Assembly (NCBI GenBank): GCA_951406725.2 | Contig: OX597824.1 | Span: 69,440,001-69,504,000 of the forward strand | Source of the DNA: Octopus vulgaris | Taxonomy: Eukaryota | DNA length: 64,000 bases | Direction of reading: 5' to 3' | Shown: one piece after another, positions 44,900 through 60,149 of the stretch | Position numbering within the stretch: the stretch's first letter is position 1 | Layout: each line of letters begins with the position of its first letter | Notes under the pieces: model-generated | What the model was told of the DNA's origin: nothing | Database searches by the model: none | What the model saw: only the letters and a program-made list of their open reading frames with translations | Program-made: the position numbers and the translations under genes

Positions 44900-45440
44900 C
44901 ATTGGTAAACTCGTAACATGAGACCTTGTAATTGTTGGAAACGCTAGGCCTTGTTATAACTGAAAGTCTCAGTTTGTACATCCGCAACATAGCGAATGTT
45001 GCAACTCAAAGAGTTAATCATTCTCTTCAGGACCAGAAAATCATTCAGTCCTTAACCCTACAACAACCAAGACTCTACCAAACTGACGTGAGTTCCCCAT
45101 GGTGCATCGATTGCGCATATAACACAGTGTTGCTGTTTCACGGACAAAGTGCCATGACCAAAATCTGGAGACTGTCCATTCGCCTGTTTGGCATGAAAGC
45201 ACTCGCAGTTCTGTCACAGGCCTACATACACCATATGTTTTTTCTCTACCTCATCTACCGCGACTAGAGATATTTTGTCACGTGCCAGTTCACACAGAAT
45301 CTGTCAGACTCCCTTCTCCTTCTCACATCATCCATATTCTATCCAAACCTCAAGCTCTACTTTGAAATCCACGCAAAATCATACTTCTCCGAAATGTCGT
45401 TTATTTGGAGTTCCTTCACTGTAGCTGGTGCAAAGTTTCA
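44900..45440 (+). mobile_element. Heavily decayed CR1/Jockey-group LINE RT C-terminal relic
   Basis: LGLVIT..L..YIRNIA..ATQ and IRLFG..LYLIYR resemble post-RT motifs; many substitutions. Confidence 0.45.
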
Positions 45441-45707
45441 GGTTAAAAACTAGTTTAAAATGTATAGCATTTTAAAAGCCAATAATTAAAATTTTGTTAA
45501 CTAAATATGATAATTTCTACTTCTCATCATCTGGATTAGGACACCCCCCCACACACACACAAAAGGGAGGTAATAGGTGGCATAAATTCTCCTGTTGAGT
45601 GGGAAAAACATAATAATAACATAACAGGTATTTCTTTCATAGGCAAGAGTGATAAAGTCGATTAGCATTTCAGCCGACGGTCTAAAGATTCTCTTAGTTA
45701 TGGTCCT

Positions 45708-45746
<39 letters not shown>

Positions 45747-45815
45747 GGGGAGAATAAGTAGGAGGAGGAAAACGACAACGACGACGATGATAATAATAAT
45801 CCTTTCTACAAAGGG

Positions 45816-45866
<51 letters not shown>

Positions 45867-45924
45867 ATCTTCATCATCGTAATTGTCGTCTTCTTGCTCC
45901 TGTTCCTCGTCGAATAAAAATTCT

Positions 45925-46135
45925 TCCTATCATAGGCACAAGGCCTGAAATCTTGGAAAGAGGGAGGGACTAGTCGTGTACATTGATCCCAGTGCACAAC
46001 TAGTACTTATTTCATCGACCCCGAAAGGATGTAAGGGAAAACCGACCTCGAGGGAAATTGAACTCAGAACATGAAGACGAACGAAATGCCAATAAGCGTT
46101 TTGCCCGGGACACGAACGATTCTGCCCGCTCGATG
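45925..46135 (-). mobile_element. SINE family B
   Basis: Reverse complement of the family B head and body; tail ATTTCAGGCCTTGTGCCTATGA. Confidence 0.8.
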
Positions 46136-46137
46136 CT

Positions 46138-46205
<68 letters not shown>

Positions 46206-46327
46206 AAGAAGAAGAAGAAGAAGAAGAAGTGGAGGCGGAGGAGGGGAAGAAGAAGTAGTAGAAGAAGAAGAAGAAGAAGAAGAAGAAGAAGAAGAAGAAG
46301 AAGAAGAAGAAGAAGAAGAAGAAGAAG

Positions 46328-46803
46328 AATATTGAAAGACTTCAGACAAAAATCATGCCTCCTCATTGATATGACTGTCCCAATCGATATAAACGCATTT
46401 GTCAAAACCTACAAAAAACTGAGCAAATAGAAAGATCTTGAAATAGAAATTAGCAAAATATGGAACCTAAAGACTAAAACAATACCTGTTGTCACAGGTG
46501 CCCTAGGAATGATAGCAAAAGAGGCTGATTGTTACCTAGCTCAGATACCAGGAAACCCCAAAACGGCACAAATTCAAAGGATAGTAATCATGGAAACTGC
46601 CAATATCCTACGTAAAATACTGACTACGTAATCTCAAATTAAAAAAAAAACTCATAATTTTCTTATGGCTTCTTAAACATTCTCTATAACAATACTATGT
46701 ACAAAACCAAATATATGATACCCAGGGCATAACGCCATGAACTTCTAACTTCTGGGTGAGACTTGGAGCCAACATGTACAAATGCAAATCAAAAATCAAA
46801 ATA
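46328..46803 (+). mobile_element. R4/Dong-clade 3'-terminal fragment (RLE) with 3' UTR, between (TAA)n(GAA)n and (TAA)n
   Basis: ILKDFRQKSCLLIDMTVP..KLSK*KDLEIEISKIWNLKTKTIPVVTGALGMI..IPG..IQRIVIMETANILRKIL, colinear with ~26060-26362; followed by (TAA)n at 46804-46984. Confidence 0.9.
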
Positions 46804-46804
46804 A

Positions 46805-46899
<95 letters not shown>

Positions 46900-46902
46900 T
46901 AA

Positions 46903-46984
<82 letters not shown>

Positions 46985-47208
46985 CTTTGCCACTCTAGGT
47001 ATAAGGTCCGAAATTTCGGGGTAAGTGATTACGTCGACTACATCGACATCAGTGAGTAACTGGTACTTACTTATTTAATCGACTCCGAAGAGATGAAAGG
47101 CAAAGTAGACTTTATCGGTATTTGAACTCAGAACGTGAAGATCCAAACTGATCTTGCAAGGTTTTTTTTTTATGCGACGACCTAACGATTCTGCCCAGTC
47201 ACCGCCGT
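46985..47208 (-). mobile_element. SINE family B
   Basis: Degenerate reverse-complement copy including the head (CTAACGATTCTGCC on the plus strand). Confidence 0.7.
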
Positions 47209-47812
47209 TACCATAGTGACGAGCATAACGCTTGTGGTGGTGGTGGTGGTAGTGGTGGTGGTGATGATGATGATGACGAACACGACGGCAACAACAGCAA
47301 CAACAACAACAACAGATGTTAAAGCGAAAGCTTAAAGTAGCAACGTTCGAACACTTTATAGTATAAGTAGTTATTAGACCGGAAAAAATGGTATTTTTCT
47401 TCGTCTTCCCTCCATTTTGTTTTCTGCTACCTAAGTGATCGTGTGTTGATAAACGGAAATTGCGTACCACAAGTGAAAGCTTTCGCAAAGTGTCATGTAT
47501 GCCTGATTGCATATATGTATGCACGTATGTTTGTATATATATATATATCTGTCTGTATGTATACATATATGCATATATGCATGTATGAATGAATGTATGT
47601 ATATATATGTCTGTACGTATGTTTGTATGTATGTATGTATGTACGTATGTATGTATGTATGTATGTATGGATGGATGGATGGACGTATATATGTGTGTAT
47701 GAATATTATATCGCGGATTCATATATATATACAGCGTACATACACACATAGACATATTTTTCTTGGTAAAAATCTACTCAGGAAATGGTGAAATCGATTA
47801 TTATAATATATA

Positions 47813-47848
<36 letters not shown>

Positions 47849-47961
47849 TGTATGTATGTATATATGTATATATATGTATGTATGTATGTATATATGTATA
47901 TATATATGTGCATATACATATACATACATATATACATACATATATATATATGTATGTATGC

Positions 47962-47995
<34 letters not shown>

Positions 47996-48002
47996 ATATA
48001 CG

Positions 48003-48063
<61 letters not shown>

Positions 48064-48078
48064 CATATATATACATAT

Positions 48079-48132
<54 letters not shown>

Positions 48133-48946
48133 TCATTATCATCATCATCATCATCATTATCTAGTTTACCTGTTGATACGTTGAAGGAGACTCCTTCGGT
48201 TATACATATCAGTATATATATATATCTATATCATATCTATAGCTATATATGTGTGTGTATGTGTTTGAGTGTGTGTGTGTGTGTGTGTTTGTGCGTCTGT
48301 TGATAGCAAGTGAAAAACAAAAGCAAATGAGAAAGTGAACGAGGGATGGGGAGAGAAGAGAACACATGTTGAGTAGGGGGCAGTAGTGATGATAGTAGTG
48401 AGGAGATGGCAATAATTTTATTATCATTATTATTATTATTATTATTATTATTACTTTTTATCTTCAAATAATACCAAGTTTTTGCGCCGTCAAGAAGACA
48501 AGCTTGCAGCACCGGCGGGATGGAGTGGCGTGTTAGCTAAGCTTGGATGAGGGACGGAAAGGGCTAACTAGTGTATATGGGGAGAGATATGGGGAGTCTC
48601 CCTTACTGAGATGACCAGGAAGTGCTGAAGTGTTCCCATGCGGTTTGAAATTGCGCCATCAATCATTCTCTGCTCGTTACCATTGCTGTTGGTTGTAATA
48701 GTTGTTGTTGTGGCTTGTGGTGATGACGCCGTTGTTTGTTATTGGTGTTGTTGTTGTTGTTAATGCTGCTGCTGACATCGATGATGATATTAAGGTGGAG
48801 GGGTTTTTTTTAGCGTTTTTTTATTAAATTTTCTTGCACTTGTTTATGTTTGCTGTTTCATATCGTTCATTTTTTTCCCTTTGTCTTCCGCCATGTTTGT
48901 CTCTCTACTTCCATCTCTAACTGTAAGTGTATGTATATGTATATGC

Positions 48947-49058
<112 letters not shown>

Positions 49059-49307
49059 TTATTTATCAACGGTTTAGTTTTACTTTTTCTATTTTTTAAA
49101 ACATAATCTTTCATTGTCTTTCAATCCTTCTCTTTTTTCCGCTCTCTTTCACTCTTCTTCTCACAAAATCTTCCCCCCCCCACTCTCTCTCTCTATCCCA
49201 TGCTTTTCCTGCTTCTCTTTGCCCCACGCTTTTTTCTACCTCTCTCTCTTCTTCTCACAACTTCTTTCTCTCTATCCCATGCTTTTTCTGCTTCTCTCTG
49301 TCCCACG

Positions 49308-49360
<53 letters not shown>

Positions 49361-49678
49361 TTCTCTACCTCTTTCCCTTACTTTCTCTTTCCTATATGAG
49401 TTTTTTTTCTTTATCCGGACCATGTTTTTCATTGATATTGATGTACTTTAAAACAAACTCAACAGTATTTCCCCTACCTCTTCCCCCCTCTCTCTCTCTC
49501 TCATTCTATGATTCTTTCTTTCTCTCTCTCCCCCCACACACTCCTTCTCTCCATCTCTCTTCTCTCTCTCTTCATCACATTCTAGACTTCTTACCTCCTC
49601 TCTAACTCACAGTTTCTCCTCTCTTTCTCTCCTTGTCAAACGCCTACTTACCCTCCCTTCACTCAATCTCTATCTCTG

Positions 49679-49741
<63 letters not shown>

Positions 49742-49904
49742 ATCTCGCCCTCTCTCTCTCACCCATTACCCCCTCTTCCTCCCACTCTATGTATATTTCT
49801 TCAAATATTGTTATTAATACTGTGAAAGTTTTGAAGGAGCTTTTGTTTTGTTTTAGAAACATCATTTCTATTATTGTTGACATACCACTTATTGTTGCTT
49901 TCGG

Positions 49905-49928
49905 TGCTGGTGATGGTGATGATGAATG

Positions 49929-49999
<71 letters not shown>

Positions 50000-50464
50000 G
50001 TGATGATGATGGTGATCATGGCGATGACGATGACGATGATGATGATGATGACGACGATGGTGATGGCGATGATGATGATGATGATGATGATGATGAGGAG
50101 GAGGAGGAGGAGGAGGAGGAGGGAAGGGAAGGTTCGTGTTAGTGGAGGAGGTGTTGGTGGTGATTGTGTCGTTGGTGCTGGCAGTGGTGGTGGTGATGAG
50201 AATGACGGTGGCGATGATGCTGATGGTGATAATAATGATGATGGGAAGGAGGAGGAGGAGGAGGAAGAAGATGAAGAAGAGGATATGGATGAGAATGGTG
50301 ACTATGCTGGTGGTGGTGGTGGTAGTGGTGGCACTGCTGTTGGTGATGATGGGTCATGGATGGTGGGGAACCATAATGAGGATTATAATCATAATCACGA
50401 TGGTGATGGTGGTGGTGGTGGCGGCGGCGGCGGTTGTATTCGTGGTAATGGTTGGTCGTAATGA

Positions 50465-50498
<34 letters not shown>

Positions 50499-50560
50499 GG
50501 TGGTGGTGGTGGTGGTGGTGGTGGTTGTGGTGGTGATGGTGATGATGACGATGATGATGT
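49905..50560. repeat. Compound (GAT)n/(GAG)n/(GGT)n trinucleotide field
   Basis: Read directly; source of the poly-D/E/G ORFs. Confidence 0.9.
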
Positions 50561-51369
50561 TGATTTTGATATTGCTGATTGTCGTGGCAGAGATAGAGGT
50601 GGCGAGGATGATAAAGAGGCAGAACAGAAGGACAGTTTTCTTCTTGTTTTTTGGGGGTTCTTTTTTGTTTCTTCCTTGCTTTCCATGCATGAAAGTGTCA
50701 ACATCGATGAAAGAAGGAAAGTAAACAGCAGGATCCGAGGAAACAAGTGATATAGAATGAAGTAGAGGCTGAAGAGGGACTTTCTCTTTATCTTTAACGT
50801 TCAGACATGTTACTTATTTATTTTTATGATTTCAGTGTTGTTATATATTTCTGTATTCTGATGAATAATATTTCACATATTTACTGCTTTTATTCATCGG
50901 AGAGCGGCCATTTTGTTGATCACTTTGTCAGAGGAGCATAAGGCAAAAATTATAGTTGTTTATAGGGCCTTCGAGGTTAGTAGACAGAAGATGTTGCATT
51001 ACAAGAGACTAGGCCCAAATAGTGTAGTAGAGTTAACTCCGATAAGTACAGCCAACAGATCACGCAACGGGTGGCGTTGATGATGTAATAAGACTACATT
51101 CCAAAAATATGGACTGTCTATCTTACAGGTCAACAGCTTTTAGTCAGTTTGTAGCTACTGTAGAAAATACTTGGCCAAAGGTTCGCACAGTTGCACAAAA
51201 CCCGGTGGATGCGAAGTAAGTATACATATAATGGACTTTCCCATCGAAGATGACGTATGAGCGTTCAGCTTTGCCGAATGACCTGATTTGTTTATAGTGA
51301 TTGAATGTTCGTAGCGCACATTATTACACTGTCTCCATCAAATCAACGTTGCCTGAGGAGGTGTCCTGT

Positions 51370-51510
51370 GTACCACGCGTCAAGTGTCGAAGTGATCACA
51401 GAACAGCGTGAGATGAAGTGTTTTTCGTAAGAACACAACACAGCACCCGGTCTCGGAATCGAAACTAAGATCTCGCGACCATGAGTGAAACACCCTAACC
51501 ACTAGGCCAT
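51370..51510 (-). mobile_element. SINE family C 5' part
   Basis: GAACACAACAC..CCCGGTCTCGGAATCGAAAC..CCCTAACCACTAGGCCA matches ~55255-55332. Confidence 0.75.
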
Positions 51511-51536
51511 ATACATACATACATACATACATACAT

Positions 51537-51569
<33 letters not shown>

Positions 51570-51651
51570 CATACATACATACATACATATATACATACAT
51601 ACATACATACATACATACATACATACATACATACATACATACATACATACA

Positions 51652-51682
<31 letters not shown>

Positions 51683-51688
51683 GTGTGT

Positions 51689-51720
<32 letters not shown>

Positions 51721-51748
51721 AAATATTGCTTAACCATCTTCTCACACT

Positions 51749-51799
51749 GTCTCCGATGAAAGGGATATATATATAATATCCCGGAAACAGCTGTAAGAC
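51749..51799 (+). ncRNA. Minimal type I hammerhead-ribozyme-like motif (Penelope-like-element type, U4C core variant)
   Basis: Stem I GTCT/AGAC; core CCGATGA at 51753-51759; stem II GGGATAT/ATATCCC; GAAAC at 51784-51788; palindromic ACAGCTGT; GTA cleavage triplet. Confidence 0.55.
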
Positions 51800-52033
51800 C
51801 TCCTCTTTATAAATGTTCTGAAATCTTTCTCACCCTTAGATATTTATCTCATTCTGCTAATTTTTTTACATATACGCATGCTGATATATGACCTACGTTG
51901 GACTCCTCATTTGCATAATCGCCGAACCTGGAACTTAACTATTGTCTATCCATAGCACTTACTCAGCATTACCTGACACCTTTGGGTAAATGCTGAGAAA
52001 AGTTGGAAAATGCATCTGATTTTTATATACCCA

Positions 52034-52533
52034 CTAGCAGTATCGCCCGGCGTTGCTCGGGTTTGTAAGGGAAATAACTATATAAGCATTTTTAGAGAGT
52101 TACTTCCCTTATAAATTCGGGCTTTCTTAGCCATTTTTGTTTTGGTGTCTTCAAGCCATGAAGTCGTTGTTCTAAAAGAACGCTGGTTTCCTTCACAACG
52201 CATTACGACGTTGATTTCTTTACACTCCCTTCCCCACAGCTTCACGAGAGAGGGAAGAAGGGGGAGAAGCAAACAGGTGCAGGTGTGAGCGTGGACGCCA
52301 ACTCCGCCGCCATCGACATTTTATGCATTAAAATGGAATAAAAAATGATGTTAAATTATTTTTAAAATCGTAGACTCATCGTTTACGCGCGCTAATAGTC
52401 AGACGGGCTCGATATGAATCACGACTATAAGATACCCGAATTTGGTTAAACTGCACCGCAAAATGTGGGAGGAGTTAGGAATCTAAATCGAAGGGGACAG
52501 ACACTCACACAACTAGAGTTTTATATATATAGA
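52034..52533 (-). mobile_element. Non-autonomous Helitron, 500 bp
   Basis: Minus strand begins TC (TCTATATATATAAAA) and ends with the hairpin CCCGAGCAACGCCGGG (52046-52061), 8 nt, then CTAG. Inserted between host A and T without a TSD. Confidence 0.88.
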
Positions 52534-53384
52534 TATATTTTTGCTTAATTAAGACAGGCCTAATAACATTGTAATGCTCACACTGTTTAAATTAGTGCTA
52601 TTAATGATTCCATGCTGTGAAAACACTATAATCTGACAAGCTAGTATAGCGTGCAGTGTGTTTTCAAGCAATCTAATATACAGCATGGTCTTATATCTGT
52701 TTACAAAACCGAGAAAGAACTCTAGTATTTGAAAAACAAAACACGAGAGAGAACAAAAGGAAGGTGAAATGAAAAGTGGAATGGAAGAGAAAAAGATAAT
52801 TCGGAGTTACGTCCCTTTGGCTCGTTCAGATCAAAATTAATATGATTGAGGAAATTACTTCAACGGAGAAAGGTCAAAGTTTGTGAGACTGCATACACAC
52901 ACACATATATACACGTACATTTGTACACATATAAATATACAAAAGTCACAACCAGAAATACACATGCACCAAATATGTACATATGTGTTTGTATCCGTAT
53001 GTGCATTAGCTTGTATCTATTCGTGTATGTGAATGCGTTTATGAGCGTGTATATTTACGTGTGCTTGTATACTGGACAGGATTGCAATAGCCAAGATTAA
53101 AGAGTAGACAGAGAAAAAAGATAGTGGATTAAATGATGGAAGAAACTGGTTTTAAAGGAGGATTAAAAGGGAAGATGAACCGAGAAAGGGAAGGAGACGG
53201 AGGGAGAGCGGGACAAAGTTAAACAGAGAGGGAGACTGACTGATAGATTTAGTCGAAAGGCTAATGACCGACTCATTTAAGAGATTTGGCAAGTTTTAAC
53301 TTTCGTGTGAGTTGAGCGGTGTATTATGTGTAGCTGATGGAGTAGAAATGAAGTGGGTATAGGCATATAATAGATAGATACATT

Positions 53385-53441
<57 letters not shown>

Positions 53442-53724
53442 GTACATACATACATATACTTACATATATACATACATTGGTTAGATAGGTAAGTAGGTAT
53501 AACGAATGGTTAAGAGGAAGATCGACTGTGTGGAATGTGTGTGTATATGCCTATGCACGAATATGTATGAGAGATGTAGAGCTGGAGAAGAAGAGCATGA
53601 GAGATGGATGTATAATTTTGTGTGCTTATGTATGAATACGTGTGTGCATATGTGTGTGCGTGTGTGTCTGTGCATGTGTGTGTGGGGGAGGTCTAAATAT
53701 ACAAACATACACAAATACCACACA

Positions 53725-53796
<72 letters not shown>

Positions 53797-53804
53797 CTGA
53801 GATT

Positions 53805-54195
53805 GGCATTCCGTCGGTTAAGACGTCGTTGGTTCCAGTTGATCCGATCAACGGAACAGCTTGCTCGTGAAATTAACGGGCATATAGCTGAATACTCCAA
53901 AGACACGCGTACCCTTAACGTAGTTCACTGGGAATTTCAGCATGTCAAAGAATATGACAAGGCTAGCCCTTTTGAAATACAGGTGCTACTCATTTTTGCC
54001 AGCTGAGTGGACTGGAGTAATGTGAAATAAAGTGTCTTGCTGAAGGACACATTGCGTCACCGGGATTTGAACTCACTTGCCTTTCATTCTTTCAGGGTCG
54101 ATATATTAAGTACCAGTTGCGTCCCGGGGATCGATCTAATCGACTGCCCCCGCTCCCCAAAAATTTCGGGCCTTGTGCCTAGAGTAGAAAAGAAT
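53805..54195. mobile_element. SINE family C (-, 53805-54078) fused head-to-head with a SINE family B 3' part (+, ~54078-54195)
   Basis: C tail and body up to GGGATTTGAACTCAC, then TTGCCTTTCATTC..GGGTCGATATATTAAGTACCAG..AAATTTCGGGCCTTGTGCCTAGAGTAGAAA. Confidence 0.75.
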
Positions 54196-54399
54196 ATCAA
54201 TTAATGACTCTCAAACACACACACACACACACGCACACACATACGCACACACAAATACACACACACACATATGCACACAAACACACTGAAATACACACAT
54301 GCGCACACACATATTTATATGCATATATACATACATTCACTGTATCACCACTATGAAGCATTTTTTCTTCAACACAGCTCCGGTACTTATGTAGTTGTT

Positions 54400-54599
54400 T
54401 CTCTTTTTATCTGTTTTTTTTTTCAGTCTGGTACATGTTCTATCGGTGACTTTAGCCGAACCACTAGTTCACGAAGATGCAAACAAACCAACATTGGTTG
54501 TCAGTCGGTGGTGGGAGACAGAGACAAAGACAAAACAAAAAGTATACACATGCACGCTCATAAACACACACTCGCACGCACACATACATATATGCATAC

Positions 54600-54660
<61 letters not shown>

Positions 54661-54865
54661 TGTGTGTGTGTCTGTGTGTCTATATGTGTGTGTGTGTCTG
54701 TGTGTGTGTGCACAGGCTTCTTTCCATTTCCGTCTACTAAATCAGCCCTCAAGACATTGGTCAGCACGAATCAATAGAGGTAGATAGATGCTAAACGTGC
54801 TCCGCAGTGTGACCGAACACGGAACCATGTGAATGGAATGGAAACTTCATACCACACAGCTACGT
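54400..54865 (-). mobile_element. Degenerate SINE family A
   Basis: TTCTATCGG..GCCGAACC and GGCTTCTTTCCATTTCCGTCTAC..GGAACCATGTG..ACCACACAGC. Confidence 0.7.
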
Positions 54866-54962
54866 TGAAGACATACCTGTAAAACAATGCATGACGAACA
54901 AGAGAGCGTTTTAGCGTGGGTGTCACATAGAGAGTGGAGGGCAGGGAAAAGGGAAGAGAAGT

Positions 54963-55342
54963 GGAAGCACTCCGTCGGTTACGACGATGAGGGTTCCGGT
55001 TGATCCGATCAACGGAACAGCCTGCTCGTGAAATTAACGTGTAAGTGGCTGAGCACTCCACAGACACGTGTACCCTTAACGTAGTTCTCGGGGATATTCA
55101 GCGTGACACAGAGAGTGACAAGGCCGGCCCTTTGAAGTACAGGTACAACAGAAACAGGAAGTAAGAGTGAGGGAAAGTTGTGGTGAAAGAGTACAGCAGG
55201 GAACATCACCATCCCTGCCGGAGCCTCGTGGAGCTTTAGGTGTTTTCGCTCAATAAACACTCACAATGCCCGGTCTGGGAATCGAAACCGCGATCCTACG
55301 ACCGCGAGTCCGCTGCCCTAACCACTGGGCCATTGCGCCTCC
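54963..55342 (-). mobile_element. Full-length tRNA-derived SINE family C (tRNA-Arg-like head; possibly octopus OR-type)
   Basis: Minus strand GGAGGCGCAATGGCCCAGTGGTTAGGGCAGCGGACTCGCGG..GGTTTCGATTCCC (A and B boxes), then body and a hairpin-rich tail. The family name is from recall, not a search. Confidence 0.85.
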
Positions 55343-55974
55343 GGAGAGAGAAGTAGAGAAAGACAGAATGGAAGAGAGAAAGGGGAAAGGAAGAGAGAAA
55401 TAGTGAAAAACACGGAGAAGGAGAGTGACAAAGGGAGACTGGTCAGAAAGACGAAAATACGCATGGAAGTTAACACAGATCTACGATTAGATATATTCCA
55501 CATTGTGTCAGGTTAAGCCAGACTTTTGCTTACCGGCTTCATTACGTCTATCTTACTCGACGGACGCATACAATAAGCTGTTATTCAATCTACCAGTCGA
55601 TTTATCTATCTGTCCCTCTCATACTTCCTCTGTTTATCGCTCTATGTCTCCATCTGTCTTTATCGCTGGGTTTTTTTTTTTATATTTTTCTGCGTGTCTC
55701 AGTCACTCTGTTTTTGTCTGGTTTCGTCTTCTCTTACTCGCCTCTCCCATTGTTTAATCATATATTTTATTTAATACACTCCCGGAAGTGACTTACTTCG
55801 ATTTTATGACTCATCAGTAGTGGCGGGGAGGGTCACGTCACGGTTATGTGAGTTTCTGGTTTATCACTGATATTTTGTAACAGAACATATCTATGTAACT
55901 TCATATATAAGTGGTGCGTAAGTACGCATGTACTAGGATGCAAACATATGAGAGTTATATGTTTACATATACAT

Positions 55975-56055
<81 letters not shown>

Positions 56056-56129
56056 GTGTGCGATGAGTAAATTGTTGCCATTTTATTTGTTTTTATGTCG
56101 CGCATGGGCATTGTTTGTTTTTGAGTTTG

Positions 56130-56565
56130 TTGATTACACGGTATAGTAGAGTCAGTTGGTCAGCGTATGTGAGAAACCCTGCACCATGACGCAGTTCACT
56201 CTGCCCAGAAATTTGGAAACGACATGCTGTACTGCTTGGCATTCGCGCTGGAAGAGTGTTTGGGAGTCAATCTGAGGACAGTGTAGAGGATTCAGATACA
56301 TAGAAATCAAACATCCAGTCAACATCATGGTGTTTGGAGTGATCACTAGTGATGGCGATGTTATGCCTCCATTCATCTTACCACACAGCCTCAGACTCAA
56401 CACGGAGGCCGGCATCAAGTGTGTAAGAAGAGATAGTGCTGCCAAGGTCAAGCGGGTGGCTGCTAAAACACCCTATGTCTGGTAACAGGTCTCTGCACCA
56501 TGTCACACAAGCATGAGAACCCAGTCATGGCTGTCAGACAGTTTCTGCGACTACATCACCCCTAG
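56130..56565 (+). mobile_element. Tc1/mariner (DD37D/maT-like) transposase relic
   Basis: KHPVNIMVFGVITSDGDVMPPFI..RLNTE..PYVW*QVSAPCHTS.RTQSWL..ITP matches the DDD/E catalytic region; frameshifted and deleted. Confidence 0.8.
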
Positions 56566-56687
56566 GCTAAATTTGATTCTGTTGTAATTGACTTCAGAAA
56601 AAATTTAGGTCTCAGTTAGGTATTCAATATTTATAATGCTATACCACTTCGAAATAATCTTTATTATTTTCATTATTGCTGATATTA

Positions 56688-56900
56688 AGGCGGCGAGCTG
56701 GCAGAATCGTTAGCACACCGGTCGAAATGCTAAGCGACATTTCATCCGTCTTCACATTTTGAGTTCAAATTCCGCCGAGGGCAACTTTGACTTTCATCCT
56801 TCCTGAGGTCGATAAAATAAGTACCAGTGAAACGCTGGGGGTCGATATTATCGATTAGTCTCCTCTCTACAAGTTTCAAGCCTTGTGCCTTCAGAAGAAA
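56688..56900 (+). mobile_element. SINE family B, full-length
   Basis: GGCGGCGAGCTGGCAGAATCGTTAGC head, GAGTTCAAATTCCGCC, body, tail TTTCAAGCCTTGTGCCT. Confidence 0.85.
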
Positions 56901-57053
56901 AGCTTATTATTGTTGATATTATATAGATATACATACATGTACACACAAACGCAACATAGAGACCCGGACATAGAAACACAAAGCCCCAACAATGACGCGT
57001 ACGTATAACACACACACACATGTATAGTTGTGTGCGTGTATGTATAAATGTGT

Positions 57054-57128
<75 letters not shown>

Positions 57129-57330
57129 GGTATACGTGCGTCGGTATACACGCGTGTGTATGTGTGGATACACACACCTATGCACTTACAAGCAAACAAC
57201 TATATAGACGCGAACAACGACAGTATAACCTCATACACACGCAAGCATACACATACATACATGCAGGCCGAATACGTACACGCTCGGACTACATACATAT
57301 ATACACCCAAACATGGTAGATATATACATG

Positions 57331-57434
<104 letters not shown>

Positions 57435-58039
57435 ATACATGTAAACAACATAACAAATACATATGCAAACACACACACATACACACACATGCGCGCATAT
57501 ACAAAACAAGTACACACGTGCCTTATACACATTCACACACACCGTTATCCATTAAAGAAACAAAAATCATCTCCTGTTTGGTGTGCTTGCTCTTTAATAC
57601 TTGACATCGTTAAAGGTTCAGTGAGGCGTGAAAAATATAACGTGCACTGGTCTTCTAGCGACATCCGGTTTACCTGCAAAGGATATCCGGTGTAGAACGG
57701 TCATCTAAGATTGCTTTGTTTTTTCGTTCTTTTTGTTTCGTATTTTTTCACTTGCGAATATGGAGTCATAAATAAATATATAAATATACAATTATATATT
57801 TTTATACGCATATATACTTGCATACATACACACATACAAACGTGCACACACACACACATATATGTGTGTATTTATATATATATAAACGAATGAGGAAAAT
57901 GAAAAATCTATACTCAAAGTGAAAAGAAGGTTGAGAGAAACGAGAGAGAGAGAGAGAGAGAGTGAGAGTGAGAGAGAGAGGATATGGAAAGAGAGAATTG
58001 AGGAAAGAGAGAGCTACTTAGCTAACTAGCTATCTACCT

Positions 58040-58065
58040 TGATAGATAGATATATATATATATAT

Positions 58066-58151
<86 letters not shown>

Positions 58152-58162
58152 TGATAGATAGG

Positions 58163-58207
<45 letters not shown>

Positions 58208-58234
58208 TGATAGATTGATAGATAGGTAGATAGG

Positions 58235-58311
<77 letters not shown>

Positions 58312-58312
58312 T
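58040..58312. repeat. (GATA)n microsatellite
   Basis: Read directly. Confidence 0.95.
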
Positions 58313-58864
58313 GTATAGAGATAAAATTTGTAAGAGGAGACACTGACAGAGAGAAAGACAGGCAGGCCAGCAGACAGACAGAAAGAAAATAGAAGGGTGA
58401 GAGTTACAAAAATAGGAGCGTGACGTACGGTTGGGTAAGAGGAGTGGTGGTAGTGAATGGATAGAATGCATGGTGGTTAACGGAGAAAGGAAAACTGAAA
58501 TGTAAACTTAGAGAGAGAAATGGAGAAGGGGGGGATACAAAGACTGGGTTTCGAGAGAAAAGTAAACGTGTGACTGTGTACAAGTCTGATAGTTAAAGGG
58601 AGAATGACTGAAAGATGCAGAGGGGCAGTACATGTACCTGTGTTTTGCTTATGACCGTTTAAATCAGACGCGACCTTTTTTTGCTTTTCTTTTTTTTTTT
58701 TCTGTTTTCTTGTCTCAATTAATCTTTTTTTCTGTTCTCATCTGTCTTTTCTGAAGAAAAGGGTAGGCTCGAAATGTTAAAAACTTCGTCCATTTTCCCC
58801 GAGCATAAACTCAGTACATACTGTGTCAGGTTCTTTTACGTCGTCATTGTGTCTTTTTGAATCG

Positions 58865-58901
<37 letters not shown>

Positions 58902-58906
58902 GCAGT

Positions 58907-58937
<31 letters not shown>

Positions 58938-58951
58938 GGGCAGTTATATAT

Positions 58952-60135
<1,184 letters not shown>

Positions 60136-60149
60136 AAATATATATATAA

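Noticed and set aside
48500-48690. GC-richer unique island as exon or enhancer
   Set aside because: No recognisable ORF, repeat hallmark or motif set to justify a call.
49874-50750. Acidic, Gly-rich protein exon
   Set aside because: Compound trinucleotide repeats with no splice or homology support.
55270-55342. Functional tRNA gene
   Set aside because: The tRNA-like sequence continues into a SINE body found in several copies and lacks a clean acceptor stem and terminator.
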